The notes: generated by a model from the letters alone, not told the origin. Positions 34,709 through 45,357 are shown, numbered from the stretch's first letter. The stretch is DNA of 64,000 bases from a bacterium GBS-1 (GCA_001443005.1 LEKQ01000016.1:10788-74787); one strand, 5' to 3'. A program made the numbers and translations.

Positions 34709-35854
34709 TTATAAGCTTATAATCACCCCGATTATCCTGCTCCAGGGTGCGTATTTCCCGCCGTATCCATAGGGAGCTTCATATAAAACCAGTAATATTT
34801 TATCATTATCAAGCTGGACTGCCGATGGGTATCCGGAGTCGCCTAGGAGTAGGTCACCGCTAGAAGTTACATGCCCCCTGGGTTTGTAGATAATCCTCTT
34901 TCTTTCCTTTTCAAAACTATACTCTGGCGGAAGAGCTTCAACCATAGCTGTGGCCTCAGGTAGGTCTTTGCCCTTGGGTATAGGAGCCGTAGGCCTTATG
35001 TCTCTTAAGCCCAGGTTATAAAGCAACTTTTCTAAGAACCAGCTTTCCTTAAAGTATAGCTCTGTATCTCTGAAGCTTAGTATAATCCTTCCGTCTCTCA
35101 GCCTAAGCAGATGGGGAGAATGACCATAGAAGGGGAGAGGTCTTGGTTCATCCCAGCTTGCCCCGCCGTCTTTAGATTGAGATATGTATAGAGGACCTAG
35201 ATTTGTTCTTAAGACGCTGATCAATCTTTTTCCTTCGTCATCAAGCTTAGCTATCGCAGGTTCATAGAATTCTATACCTTCTTTGCCCCCCTCGGCAATG
35301 ATAATAGGCTTCTTCTCCCACGATTTACCATAGTCCTCGCTTATTAGCAGGAATGCGGAGGATCCCTTTCCTTCCAGTGGACCGTATGCTGGAAGGAGGA
35401 GAACTCCCTTTCTCAGCTCCAATACGCTATCTGAGGTTGCGGAGTTAGGGAAGATCATCTTCGGTTCTTCCCAAGTCTCTCCGTTATCGGAGCTAAAAGA
35501 GACGTATATGGAGCTCGTAGGGTTATCCCTGTCTCCATCCCCCCAGTGAAACCAGTTTAAGATGATTTGACCGTTTGAGAGGGTTGCTATCGATGGATCT
35601 CTATCGTCGGATACGAGGCTATACTCACCCTCATATCGCACAAATCTTTCGGGTATGTGAATTATCTCTTTGGTTTCCCAGCTTTTGCCTCTGTCTCTGC
35701 TTCTTGAGAGGAATATCCTACCGTCTCTCCCCCAAACATGGGCTTTCCCAACCCTGAAGACCACAAGGATATCTCCGTTGGGAGCTATATTTACGTCGGG
35801 AAAGCCAGCATGTAACGGAGTTCCCTCGTAAATGGTGAACTCTTCTAGGATCAT
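34709..35854 (-). CDS. BNR/Asp-box repeat beta-propeller protein (sialidase-like fold), no signal peptide
   Basis: Four Asp-boxes: SRDRGKSW, SSDNGETW, SEDYGKSW, SKDGGASW. The ATG at 35854 overlaps the metH stop as ATGA. An alternative GTG is at 35866. Confidence 0.75.
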   Translation of the reverse strand: MILEEFTIYEGTPLHAGFPDVNIAPNGDILVVFRVGKAHVWGRDGRIFLSRSRDRGKSWETKEIIHIPERFVRYEGEYSLVSDDRDPSIATLSNGQIILNWFHWGDGDRDNPTSSIYVSFSSDNGETWEEPKMIFPNSATSDSVLELRKGVLLLPAYGPLEGKGSSAFLLISEDYGKSWEKKPIIIAEGGKEGIEFYEPAIAKLDDEGKRLISVLRTNLGPLYISQSKDGGASWDEPRPLPFYGHSPHLLRLRDGRIILSFRDTELYFKESWFLEKLLYNLGLRDIRPTAPIPKGKDLPEATAMVEALPPEYSFEKERKRIIYKPRGHVTSSGDLLLGDSGYPSAVQLDNDKILLVLYEAPYGYGGKYAPWSRIIGVIISL

Positions 35855-38190
35855 TTCCCTATCCACTTCCTTGCGAGCTCAACCGCCTGGAAGGGGTCCT
35901 TACCATATCCATCAGCTCCGCAGCTTATCGCGAAACCTTCGTTTACAGCTGCTCCACCAACCATGACCTTTACTTGAGGTAAATTCTCTTTAATTAACTT
36001 CACGGTTTTCTTCATGTTTTCAAGCATGGTGGTCATAAGGCAACTTAATCCTACGACATCTGGTGTGATTTCCTTAGCCTTTCTTAGAACCTCCTCTGCT
36101 GGTACATCTTTCCCCAGATCTATTACCTCGTAGCCAAAACTCTCAAGGACAAGTCCCACTATCTTCTTACCGAGGTCATGAAGGTCTCCCTCAACCGTTG
36201 CCATTAGTATTTTACCCTTCTTGCTTTCTGACCTTGGTGAGTGTTTTCTTACAACCTCAAAGACGGCGCTTGCCGCTTCAGCGGATGCTATAAGCTGTGG
36301 CAGAAAGAAGATCTTTTTCTCGTATTTTTCACCTACCTCCTCTAATCCTGGTATCACGTACCTTTCTATCAGTGATAGGGGCTCCTCTACTGAGGATATG
36401 AGTACCTCTGCCTCCTTGTAAGCCCTCTCAGTTTCTCCTCTTATTATGAGATCCTTAAGGTTTAGCTCCAGAGCTTTGCTTTCCTTTTCTTCTCTTCCTG
36501 GGCCTACCAGCTCTATGAATCTCTTTCCTCTTTTATCTCTTCCGATTAGAAAGTCGGAAGCAAGGATCGTTTCTACTATATCCCTTTGCATTGGGTTTAT
36601 TATTGCGAAGGATAGTCCTGCTGATATCGCCATGGCCAAGAAGGCCGAGTTTAATATATCCCTCGATGGTAATCCATGGGATATGTTAGATATACCCAAT
36701 ACAGTTTTAATTCCGTCTTCGCTCAGTTTTCTTATAACCTTTAAGGTTGTTGTAGCTTCAGCTGAGCCAGCAGGTAGGGTGAGTGGGTCTATGATCACGT
36801 CTTCCTTGGGTATACCGTATCGAGAGGCTTCTTCCAATATCTTGTAAGCTATATCTATTCTCTCTTCAGCTGTTTCAGGGATGCCCTTCTCATCCATGGT
36901 CAGGCCTATGATCGATGCTCCGTACTTCTTTGTCAACGGTAACATTCCCTCTAAGGATCTTCTCTTTGCTGTGGTTGAGTTTATGAGTGGCTTGCCGGGG
37001 TAGATCCTCAAGCCAGATTCTATAACGATAGGGTCATCGCTATCAAAGGAAATAGGAGCGCTAATAACCTTTAGGAGCTCTAATGTCGCTTTTCTCATAG
37101 TCCCTTTCCTATCTATCTCTGGAACACCAACGTTCAGGTCTATCAGATCGGCACCCGCTAGCTCTTGCTCTATAGCCTCTCTCTTCAGCATTTCAAACTT
37201 GCCCTCTTTTAGCTCCTTTGCCAAGATCTTTCTTCCTGTGGGGTTTATCCTTTCCCCTATTATTATGGTTCTACTACCGTTGCACTCTAAAAGCCTAGAT
37301 CTGCTCGTGAAAAATATCCCAGACTTTTTTTGTCTTTTTACTACCTCTTTCCCCTTAAGCTCCCTCGCGAGCAAGCTTATGTGAAGGGGAGTTGTTCCAC
37401 AACAACCTCCTATTATGTTAGCCCCGCTTTTGTAAATATCCACCGCAAGCTCTAGGAACCTCTCCGGTGGAACCTCATCCCATTTATCAGGGGGGCCGGC
37501 ATTGGGGTAGGCTATGATAGGGGTTTCCGTATAGCTTGCCATCTCTTTTACGATTTCAGGGAATATGAAGGGATCTGTACCGCAGTTCGCTCCGATAACG
37601 TCAGCTTTCCATGCGCTTAAGCTTACGCTACCTATACCAGGAGATGTTCCGGTTACGGTTAGACTCCCCTCCGTGAATGTTAAGGAGCAGATTATCGGCT
37701 TTCTTTGGGGGAGCTCCCTTAGGGCTAAAATAGCCGCTTTAACCTCCATTATATCTATAGCAGTTTCCACTAAAAACAGGTCTACTCCCCCATCTAATAG
37801 AGCCTGGCCCTGCTCTTTAAAGATGTTTACCGCTTCCTCGAAGCCTAAGTCCCCCAAAGGTTCTATCATTCTTCCTAAGGGGCCTATAGAGCCTGCCACC
37901 AAAGCCATACCGCGTGAGGCCTCTTTAGCTATTTCCGCTGCCCTTCTGTTTATCTCGTAAAGTTTGCCTTCCAGTCCCTTGCTTTTCAGTTTTATTCTGT
38001 TTCCGCCGAAGGAATTAGTGGTTATTATTTCTGCTCCAGCGTCTACATAGGATGCGTGAACATCTTTAACTATATCTGGGTATGATAGGTTTAGCTCTTC
38101 AGGTATGGCTGTTGGAGGAAGCCCTCTCTTATAGAGCTCTGTTCCAGTTGCACCATCTAAGATCATGACCCTCTTGAAATCTAGCTTCAC
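35851..38190 (-). CDS. metH: Cobalamin-dependent methionine synthase MetH core (Hcy-binding, pterin-binding, B12-binding modules; no activation domain)
   Basis: 779 aa. Hcy S-methyltransferase N-terminus (ILDGATGTEL, GGCCGTTP). Pterin-binding barrel. B12-binding motif GDLHDLGK in the C-terminal module. Confidence 0.9.
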   Translation of the reverse strand: MKLDFKRVMILDGATGTELYKRGLPPTAIPEELNLSYPDIVKDVHASYVDAGAEIITTNSFGGNRIKLKSKGLEGKLYEINRRAAEIAKEASRGMALVAGSIGPLGRMIEPLGDLGFEEAVNIFKEQGQALLDGGVDLFLVETAIDIMEVKAAILALRELPQRKPIICSLTFTEGSLTVTGTSPGIGSVSLSAWKADVIGANCGTDPFIFPEIVKEMASYTETPIIAYPNAGPPDKWDEVPPERFLELAVDIYKSGANIIGGCCGTTPLHISLLARELKGKEVVKRQKKSGIFFTSRSRLLECNGSRTIIIGERINPTGRKILAKELKEGKFEMLKREAIEQELAGADLIDLNVGVPEIDRKGTMRKATLELLKVISAPISFDSDDPIVIESGLRIYPGKPLINSTTAKRRSLEGMLPLTKKYGASIIGLTMDEKGIPETAEERIDIAYKILEEASRYGIPKEDVIIDPLTLPAGSAEATTTLKVIRKLSEDGIKTVLGISNISHGLPSRDILNSAFLAMAISAGLSFAIINPMQRDIVETILASDFLIGRDKRGKRFIELVGPGREEKESKALELNLKDLIIRGETERAYKEAEVLISSVEEPLSLIERYVIPGLEEVGEKYEKKIFFLPQLIASAEAASAVFEVVRKHSPRSESKKGKILMATVEGDLHDLGKKIVGLVLESFGYEVIDLGKDVPAEEVLRKAKEITPDVVGLSCLMTTMLENMKKTVKLIKENLPQVKVMVGGAAVNEGFAISCGADGYGKDPFQAVELARKWIGK

Positions 38191-38804
38191 CCTTCCATCA
38201 CCCCTATTAGAGCGGTAACTGACTTTCTTGGTATTAGCATATAGGAAGGAGAGACCCTTATGCCAAGGGAATCTCCCCCTAAGACCTTAAGGAGTTCCCC
38301 TTGAATAAGGAGGGGGAGGTCTCCATAGCCTGGGCTGTATCTTCTTGTCAGTTTTAACTTTCTTCTTGTAGCTTCAGCTATAAGCAGATTATTTAGGTAG
38401 TCCATGGCCGTATCTGCTGCGGTTGACCCTATAGCGTCTAAGATAGTTGCTTCAAGGAACCTTTTTCTACTTGTCAATTCGTCAACCTCTCTTTCTAAAG
38501 CCTCTCCTATGGTTGTTGCACAGACTATGACTTCTATAGAATCCTTAAGTAGCTTGGCTATGTCCTTTCCAGGAAGGACAAGTTCCTCTGTTTCTACCAG
38601 GTTTTCGCCTTTGGATTTTATCCTTAAGCTCTTAGAGAATATCGCTGCGCTTATGAAAGCCTTGCTCTGAGCGATTAATCGCTCTATCAGAAAATGGATT
38701 TCGTTTGAAACAAGAGTAATACCTCTATATTCTCCAAGGTATCTCCTTACTTCTCCTATATTTATCACTATCGGGATGTTTCTTAGGCTTATCTCGAAGC
38801 TCAT
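38187..38804 (-). CDS. Stand-alone methionine synthase activation (AdoMet-binding reactivation) domain protein
   Basis: 205 aa. RRYSPGYGD motif typical of the MetH activation domain. It overlaps the metH start by 4 nt, the same split arrangement as in Thermotoga. Confidence 0.7.
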   Translation of the reverse strand: MSFEISLRNIPIVINIGEVRRYLGEYRGITLVSNEIHFLIERLIAQSKAFISAAIFSKSLRIKSKGENLVETEELVLPGKDIAKLLKDSIEVIVCATTIGEALEREVDELTSRKRFLEATILDAIGSTAADTAMDYLNNLLIAEATRRKLKLTRRYSPGYGDLPLLIQGELLKVLGGDSLGIRVSPSYMLIPRKSVTALIGVMEG

Positions 38805-38817
38805 CTATCATATTATA

Positions 38818-40179
38818 TCATTTAAGTAACATTTCCCTGGGCCCTTCGTAGGAGATGTGCTTTGCTACATTTTGAGCTTCTTTGTAAGGTATTTCTCCCT
38901 TTTCCACCATCTCTCCTAAGACGTTTGAAAGGACCCTTCTAAAGACCTCGGTCCGCGAGCCGAAGGAAAGAAGCTTTCTTGAGTCTGTCACCATGCCGGG
39001 GATATTGTAAAGAAGGTCAACCGTGGCTATATACTTGAGATGGGTTTCCATTCCATAGGGGCTATCGTTAAACCACCATGGGGCCCCGATGAATACGTTA
39101 GGGAAGGCTCGGGCAATCGTCGCTATGGTTGGAAGATGGGTTGGGTCTAAGACGTATATTATTATTCTCAGCTTGCCATCAAACTCGTTTAGAAAATATT
39201 GAAGCCCTTCAGCTATCCTTATGAAGTTCGTTGAGATGTCTCCACCAGAGTTATGTCCCAAATCGTTTAGTAGTTTCGCTCTGTAGTCTCGAAGTGCCCC
39301 TATATGAAGCTGTGTTATCCAGTTTGTCTCTTGATTCATTTTCCCAAACTCGAGCATTATGAATGACTTGAAGTCTATTATCTCCTCTTCCTTTAACTCT
39401 TTACCTGACATCGCCTTTTTGTATATTTCCTCTGCCCTTTTCTTTTCTACAAAGTATATCAAAGGCTCAAGTAAAGCGTGGTCGCTTCCTATACATCCAT
39501 AAGCATTGAAGCTCTCGTGGGATTTCCAAAGAGCGCTTAAGAAACCATCAAGATGTGAGACCTCCTCTTTGTATCTTTCCCCAAGCTTTATAACGTATTC
39601 CTTCCATTCTCTTTTCTCTATATTCATAGCGTTATCAGGTCTCCATGTGGGTAGCGTCTTAAACTCTTTGATATTTTCGTTAGCCTTCCTGTGATATTCG
39701 AGATTTGAGATGGGGTCGTCTGTTGTGCATAAAACTTCTGCTTTTATTTTTTTGAGTATCTCTCGCGGGCTCATGTCAGGTCTTGCTAAGATTTTCTTGC
39801 TTTCCTCCCATATCTCCTCCGCTGTGTCCTGGGAGATTATCTTTCTTATACCTAGGACTCTCCATAGGTCGAGGTGGATCCACTCGTAGGTGGGGTTACC
39901 GACTAGCCTGGGAAAGACCCTCGCTAAGGCAAGCCATTTCTCCTTATTAGATGCCCCTCCAGTTATGTGGCTTTCAGGGATGCTACACCTTCTCATGAGG
40001 CTCCATACATAATGGTCCGTTGCTCCTTCCGCTTCCCATATATCGTTCCAGTTCTCCTTTTCAAGTAGCTCTCTCGAATCCAGGTGGTTATGAAGGTCTA
40101 TAATCGGGAGATTTTGGATGCTTTCATAGATTTTTTTCGCCGTATTATTGGTTAAAAGGTAATTTTCTCCTAAAAACAT
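38818..40179 (-). CDS. uxaC: Glucuronate isomerase UxaC
   Basis: MFLGENYLLTN..AKKIYE....LPIIDLHNHL N-terminus and about 450 aa length. The ATG at 40179 is preceded by GGGGGTGA. Confidence 0.9.
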   Translation of the reverse strand: MFLGENYLLTNNTAKKIYESIQNLPIIDLHNHLDSRELLEKENWNDIWEAEGATDHYVWSLMRRCSIPESHITGGASNKEKWLALARVFPRLVGNPTYEWIHLDLWRVLGIRKIISQDTAEEIWEESKKILARPDMSPREILKKIKAEVLCTTDDPISNLEYHRKANENIKEFKTLPTWRPDNAMNIEKREWKEYVIKLGERYKEEVSHLDGFLSALWKSHESFNAYGCIGSDHALLEPLIYFVEKKRAEEIYKKAMSGKELKEEEIIDFKSFIMLEFGKMNQETNWITQLHIGALRDYRAKLLNDLGHNSGGDISTNFIRIAEGLQYFLNEFDGKLRIIIYVLDPTHLPTIATIARAFPNVFIGAPWWFNDSPYGMETHLKYIATVDLLYNIPGMVTDSRKLLSFGSRTEVFRRVLSNVLGEMVEKGEIPYKEAQNVAKHISYEGPREMLLK

Positions 40180-40270
40180 TCTTTCACCCCCCATCTTTGA
40201 GAATATGAAAATAGCTTTCTTAATGATAGCATAATATTATAGGTTAAGGCTGGTAGAGGGGGGAAAGGGC

Positions 40271-41011
40271 GTGAATACCTTAAGGAAGGCTATGCAGATT
40301 TTAGATTACGTGATTTTTTCGCCTGGGGATGTAAGCATAACCGATGTGGCGAGAGAGTTTAATATGAGTGTATCTAACGCATATAAGTATTTGAAGGTTT
40401 TTGAGGAGCTCGGCTTCATCGTGAGAAAGAGGGATAAGAGATATATACCTGGTTATAAGTTAGCTGAATATGGCTCTATGGTTTTAAGGAAGATAGACGT
40501 GAGGGAGATAGCTCATCCCTACCTTGTAGATGTGATGGCTAAGACGGGCCAAACGGTTCATTTGGTCCTAAAGGATGGCTTTGATGGAGTTTACATAGAT
40601 AAGGTGGAGGGGGTATATAGCATACCAATGGTCTCAAGGGTGGGGATGAAGGTCGAGCTTTACGCTTCCGCATCGGGCAAGGCCATCTTAGCTTATTTAC
40701 CTGAGAGTGAGATTGAGGAGTATCTTTCAAAAAAGAGGCTTAATCGGAAAACGCCAAATACTATAACCGATCCTCAGATGTTAAAAGGGGAGCTTAAGAA
40801 AATTAGGGAACTGGGATATGCCGTTGATAATGAAGAGAACGAGATAGGTATAAAGTGCGTTGGAGTTCCCATATTTGACCATACAGGTTACCCTATCGCT
40901 GGTATGAGTGTGTCAGGCGCCGCTAGGAGGCTTAGTGAGGAGGTCATCAAAGAGTGCGCTCTTCATCTTAAAAGGGCAGCGGAAGAGATATCAAAGAAGC
41001 TGGGGTACTAA
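40271..41011 (+). CDS. kdgR: IclR-family transcriptional regulator (KdgR-like), divergent from uxaC
   Basis: N-terminal wHTH (L.KAMQILDY......VSITDVAREFNMSVSNAYKYLKVFEELGFI) plus a C-terminal IclR effector domain (GYA.DNEE.E.GI.CVGVPIFD). Confidence 0.8.
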   Translation: MNTLRKAMQILDYVIFSPGDVSITDVAREFNMSVSNAYKYLKVFEELGFIVRKRDKRYIPGYKLAEYGSMVLRKIDVREIAHPYLVDVMAKTGQTVHLVLKDGFDGVYIDKVEGVYSIPMVSRVGMKVELYASASGKAILAYLPESEIEEYLSKKRLNRKTPNTITDPQMLKGELKKIRELGYAVDNEENEIGIKCVGVPIFDHTGYPIAGMSVSGAARRLSEEVIKECALHLKRAAEEISKKLGY

Positions 41012-41265
41012 TTTTCAAATTAGGAAAGTAATTTTATTAAAAGTGAGAAATTAAAAGATTTAAGGCGAATCTGGGAATTTTAAGAAGCCTTTGGGGTAAT
41101 GGGGCGCAGTTTAAGAGTTGATTTAGACTTTCTTTCTCTGTTAATTTTATTGTGAATACTAGTATACTGAAGGAGATAGCTATGGTAATGGATAATGATG
41201 CCTATACTGCTCCCCAGAGTAACCCTTTATGAAAATTTCCCGATAGGGTAAGGAGGTGTTTTCCT

Positions 41266-42288
41266 GTGAAAGTGGTAACCTTTGGTGAGATAATGCTTAG
41301 GCTTAGTCCCCCGAACTATAAGAGGATCTTTCAGGCGGAGTCCTTTGACGTTACCTATGGTGGTGCTGAAGCTAATGTGGCTGCCTTTTTGGCCCAGATG
41401 GGGCTTGACGCTTATTATGTTACAAAACTTCCCAAGAATCCTCTGGGTGATGCTGCGATAGGCCATCTCAGGAAGTACGGCGTTAAAACCGATTACATAG
41501 CAAGGGGTGGGGAGAGGATAGGTATATACTTCCTGGAGATAGGGGCATCTCAGAGGGCTAGCAAGGTCGTTTATGATAGGGCTGGCTCTTCTATCTCTCA
41601 AGCCAAAAGGGAAGACTTCGATTGGGAGAGAATACTCGATGGAGCTAGGTGGTTTCACTTCTCTGGCATCACGCCGCCCTTAGGCAAGGAGCTTCCAGCG
41701 ATAGTCAAGGATGCCCTCGAGGTTGCTAAAAAGAGGGGGGTCAAGGTGAGCTGCGACTTGAACTATAGAGCTAAGCTATGGAGTAAAGAGGAGGCCCAGA
41801 GGGTGATGATCCCCTTTATGGAGTACGTTAATGTCCTAATAGCTAATGAGGAGGATATAGAGAAGGTTTTGGGAATCCCAGTTGAGGGGTTGGACCTTAA
41901 GACCGGGAAGATAGTTAGGGAAGCTTATGTTAAAGTTGCAGAGGAGATAAGCAAGAAATATAATTTTGATACTATAGGTGTAACTTTAAGGGAGAGCCTC
42001 TCTGCAACGGTAAACTATTGGTCCGTCATGATCTTCGAGGGGGGTAAGCCTTACTTCTCTAATAGGTATGAGATACACTATATAGTGGATAGAGTTGGAG
42101 CTGGTGATTGTTTCGCTGGAGGTTTAATATACGCTACGTTGAAAGGGTACGATCCCCAGAGGAAGGCTGAGTTCGCGGGAGCGGCATCTTGCTTAAAGCA
42201 TACGATTCCTGGTGACTTTTCTTCCTTAAGCGAGGATGAAGTTGAGAAACTCGCAGGGGGTGCCACATCAGGGAGAGTTGAGAGGTGA
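41266..42288 (+). CDS. kdgK: 2-dehydro-3-deoxygluconokinase (PfkB family)
   Basis: MKVVTFGEIMLRLSP, GGAEANVA and DRVGAGDCFAGGLIY (PfkB signature 2). Confidence 0.85.
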   Translation: MKVVTFGEIMLRLSPPNYKRIFQAESFDVTYGGAEANVAAFLAQMGLDAYYVTKLPKNPLGDAAIGHLRKYGVKTDYIARGGERIGIYFLEIGASQRASKVVYDRAGSSISQAKREDFDWERILDGARWFHFSGITPPLGKELPAIVKDALEVAKKRGVKVSCDLNYRAKLWSKEEAQRVMIPFMEYVNVLIANEEDIEKVLGIPVEGLDLKTGKIVREAYVKVAEEISKKYNFDTIGVTLRESLSATVNYWSVMIFEGGKPYFSNRYEIHYIVDRVGAGDCFAGGLIYATLKGYDPQRKAEFAGAASCLKHTIPGDFSSLSEDEVEKLAGGATSGRVER

Positions 42289-43913
42289 ATCGAAAGGTGC
42301 TTATGCTGAGTTTGGAAGGGTTAAAGGATAGGAATGGTTGGAGCAGGGCTGGTGTAAAGCTTCCGACCTTCGATATAGAAAAGGTCAGGCGAAATACCAG
42401 AGATAATCCGAAATGGGTTCACTTTGGAACGGGAAACATATTTAGGGGGTTTATAGCCGGTATATCGCAGGGTATGATTGAGCTAGGTAGAGAGAGCGTT
42501 GGCATAATCGGGGTTGAGCTTTTCGATTATGAGATTCTAGACAAGATATATTACCCCTATGATAATCTCGCTTTAGCTGTCACTATAAACAGCGATGGAA
42601 CCCTGGATAAAGAGGTTATAGCAAGTATAGCGATGGGATTAAAGGGAAGCCCTGACTCGGGGGACTGGGAGATATTGAAGAGTATTTTTAGGAATCCATC
42701 TTTGCAAGTTGCGTCCCTAACCATAACTGAAAAGGGGTACAACCTTGAGGATGAGAGAGGAAGGCCCTATCCCCAGGTTCTTGAGGACATGGAAAGAGGC
42801 CCTCTTTATCCTAAAACTTCGATGGGACGGATCGTATCGCTTTTATACGAGAGGTTTAGGAGCGGAAAGCTTCCTATCGCCATGCTTAGTCTTGATAATT
42901 TCTCGAGGAACGGAGAGAAGCTATTCTCCTCTCTGAATAAGATAGCTGAGGAATGGGTTAAGATGAGCTTCATAGAGGAGAGCTTTCTGGATTATCTTAG
43001 AGAAAGTGTTAGCTTTCCCTGGAGTATGATAGATAAGATAGTTCCGAGACCTTCGGAGTTCGTTAGGAAGCATCTTGAGGATCTTGGAATTGTCAGGATG
43101 GAAATATATATAACCGAGAAGAAGACCTTTATAGCTCCCTTCGTCAATATGGAGAGAGCACAGTACCTTGTGATAGAGGATAGCTTCCCCAACGGTAGGC
43201 CTCCCTTCGAGGGAGTTTCAAGAAATCTCTTTTTGACCGATAGGGATACCGTTGAGAAGTCCGAAAGAATGAAGGTTACCGCCTGCCTGAACCCTCTTCA
43301 TACCACTCTCGGTGTTTTTGGATGTCTCTTGGGTTATAAGACCATAGCTGATGAGATGAGGGATCCGCTTTTGGTTGAGCTGGTTAAGGGTGTGGGGGAA
43401 GAGGGGATCAAGGTTGTGGTGGATCCAGGTATAATAAACCCAAGGGAGTTTTTGAAAGAGGCCATATCGGAGAGGCTTTCCAATCCCTATTTGCCAGACG
43501 TTCCTCAGAGGATCGCTACAGATACCTCTCAGAAGGTTCCCATAAGGTTCGGTGAGACCATAAGAGCCTATCATGAGCGCCCGGATCTTGACCCTACGGA
43601 ACTTAAGTATATACCATTTGTTATAGCGGGATGGTGCAGGTATCTTTTGGGTGTAGATGATGAGGGTAAGCCGATGGAGCTTAGCCCCGATCCACTCTTG
43701 GATACCTTGAGGGGTTACATCGCTGATGTTAGGTTCGGGGATCCCTATTCGGTGAAGGATCGGCTGAGGCCCATATTGTCAAGTTCGCAGCTCTTTAAGG
43801 TTAACCTTTATGAGGTGGGTTTAGGCCATAGAATAGAGGAGCACTTTAAGAGGATGATAGCTGGCCCCGGTGCCGTGAGGAAGACGTTAAAGGAGATCTT
43901 AGGGGGGATATAG
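42285..43913 (+). CDS. uxuB: Mannitol-dehydrogenase-family oxidoreductase (fructuronate reductase UxuB-like)
   Basis: 542 aa. [12 protein letters not shown] dinucleotide motif of long-chain mannitol dehydrogenases. Position between kdgK and uxuA. Confidence 0.75.
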   Translation: MNRKVLMLSLEGLKDRNGWSRAGVKLPTFDIEKVRRNTRDNPKWVHFGTGNIFRGFIAGISQGMIELGRESVGIIGVELFDYEILDKIYYPYDNLALAVTINSDGTLDKEVIASIAMGLKGSPDSGDWEILKSIFRNPSLQVASLTITEKGYNLEDERGRPYPQVLEDMERGPLYPKTSMGRIVSLLYERFRSGKLPIAMLSLDNFSRNGEKLFSSLNKIAEEWVKMSFIEESFLDYLRESVSFPWSMIDKIVPRPSEFVRKHLEDLGIVRMEIYITEKKTFIAPFVNMERAQYLVIEDSFPNGRPPFEGVSRNLFLTDRDTVEKSERMKVTACLNPLHTTLGVFGCLLGYKTIADEMRDPLLVELVKGVGEEGIKVVVDPGIINPREFLKEAISERLSNPYLPDVPQRIATDTSQKVPIRFGETIRAYHERPDLDPTELKYIPFVIAGWCRYLLGVDDEGKPMELSPDPLLDTLRGYIADVRFGDPYSVKDRLRPILSSSQLFKVNLYEVGLGHRIEEHFKRMIAGPGAVRKTLKEILGGI

Positions 43914-43915
43914 GT

Positions 43916-44998
43916 ATGAAGATGGTCTTCAGGTGGTATGGTGAGGGTAACGACCCTATAACTCTCGAGCAGATAAGGCAGATTCCGGGAGTTGTTGGAG
44001 TTGTTGGAGCTCTGTTTGATGTGCCTGTGGGGGAAGTTTGGCCCCTTGAGAAGATCAAGCACCTTAAGGATACGGTTGAAAGTGCTGGGCTTACCTTAGA
44101 GGTCATCGAAAGCGTTAACGTCCATGAGGATATAAAGCTCGGTCTTTCCACAAGAGATAGATACATAGAGAACTATAGGGAAACGATAAGGAACCTGTCA
44201 AAGGTTGGGGTTAAGGTGGTCTGCTATAACTTTATGCCGATATTCGACTGGATGAGGACGGACCTTCATAAGAAACTTCCCGATGGATCAGAGGTGATGG
44301 AGTACGATCATAGCCTTATAGAGAACATTACCCCTAAGGAGCTGGTTCGGAGGGTTAAAGAGGGCTCTGCAGGGCTCGTTTTACCCGGTTGGGAGTGGGA
44401 TAGGCTCGAGAAGCTTGAGCAAACCTTCGAGCTTTACAAGGACGTTGATGAAAAGAAGCTCCTTGATAACCTGATTTATTTCCTTAAGGGGGTGATCCCC
44501 GTCTGTGAGGAGTGCGATGTGAAGCTTGCCATACACCCTGATGATCCACCTTGGAGCATCTTTGGGCTTCCCAGGATAGTTACTAACAGGGAGAACATAG
44601 AAAAGTTCTTGAAGGCTGTCGATAGCCCTTATAACGGATTGACCCTCTGCATGGGGTCCCTCGGTGCCAACCCGAATAACAACATTCCTGAGATGATCCG
44701 CTATTTTGGTAGGATGGGTAGGATACATTTCGCTCACTTGAGGAATCTCAAGATAGTGGAGCGTGGGAAGTTCTATGAGACCGCTCACCCATCTTTCTGT
44801 GGCTCTCATGATATGTTTGAGGTGGTTAAGGCGTTCCATGATATAGGCTACAATGGATATGTCAGGCCGGATCACGGTAGGATGATATGGGGAGAGAAGG
44901 GGCGTCCCGGTTATGGCCTTTATGATAGGGCTTTAGGTATAACCTATCTTTTGGGTCTCTGGGAAGCCATAGACAAAATGAAGGAAAGGTATTGTTGA
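43916..44998 (+). CDS. uxuA: Mannonate dehydratase UxuA
   Basis: [29 protein letters not shown]-terminus, HPDDPPW, RPDHGR motifs. Confidence 0.9.
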   Translation: MKMVFRWYGEGNDPITLEQIRQIPGVVGVVGALFDVPVGEVWPLEKIKHLKDTVESAGLTLEVIESVNVHEDIKLGLSTRDRYIENYRETIRNLSKVGVKVVCYNFMPIFDWMRTDLHKKLPDGSEVMEYDHSLIENITPKELVRRVKEGSAGLVLPGWEWDRLEKLEQTFELYKDVDEKKLLDNLIYFLKGVIPVCEECDVKLAIHPDDPPWSIFGLPRIVTNRENIEKFLKAVDSPYNGLTLCMGSLGANPNNNIPEMIRYFGRMGRIHFAHLRNLKIVERGKFYETAHPSFCGSHDMFEVVKAFHDIGYNGYVRPDHGRMIWGEKGRPGYGLYDRALGITYLLGLWEAIDKMKERYC

Positions 44999-45020
44999 GA
45001 AGGATTAAGAAAGATTAAAA

Positions 45021-45051
45021 AGCGCCCCCAAGCTTGGGGGGCGCTTTTTTT
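45021..45051 (+). terminator. Intrinsic terminator after uxuA
   Basis: AGCGCCCCC-AAGCTT-GGGGGGCGCT followed by TTTTTTT. Confidence 0.9.
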
Positions 45052-45117
45052 ATTGGTTAAAATAGTGTATAATAACTAAAAGCCCGAAGATGCTTTCTGG
45101 CCTAAAGGTGGACGTGA

Positions 45118-45357
45118 ATGAGGGATGTAGTCTCTTTAGATAAACTTAAAGAGGGAGAGAGGGGCAAGGTTATAAATCTGATTGGAGGACGCGCTTTTAA
45201 GCTTAGGCTGATCCAGCTTGGAATAATGCCGGGCGTGGAGGTTAAGGTTTCAAAGAGTGCTCTCCTAAGTTGCCCCATGATGGTTGAGGTTAACAATGCT
45301 AGGGTCGCTCTTGGGAAAGGGGTTGCTTCAAGGATTTGGGTGGAAAGGATAGAGTGA
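45118..45357 (+). CDS. feoA: Ferrous iron transport protein FeoA
   Basis: 79 aa. L..L..GE.G.V..I.GG......L..LGI.PG..V.V SH3-like FeoA pattern. Confidence 0.85.
   Translation: MRDVVSLDKLKEGERGKVINLIGGRAFKLRLIQLGIMPGVEVKVSKSALLSCPMMVEVNNARVALGKGVASRIWVERIE

Noticed and set aside
45052-45117. Fur box upstream of feoA
   Set aside because: A TATAAT is present (about 45068-45073), but I could not find a convincing 19-bp GATAATGATAATCATTATC-like palindrome by eye.
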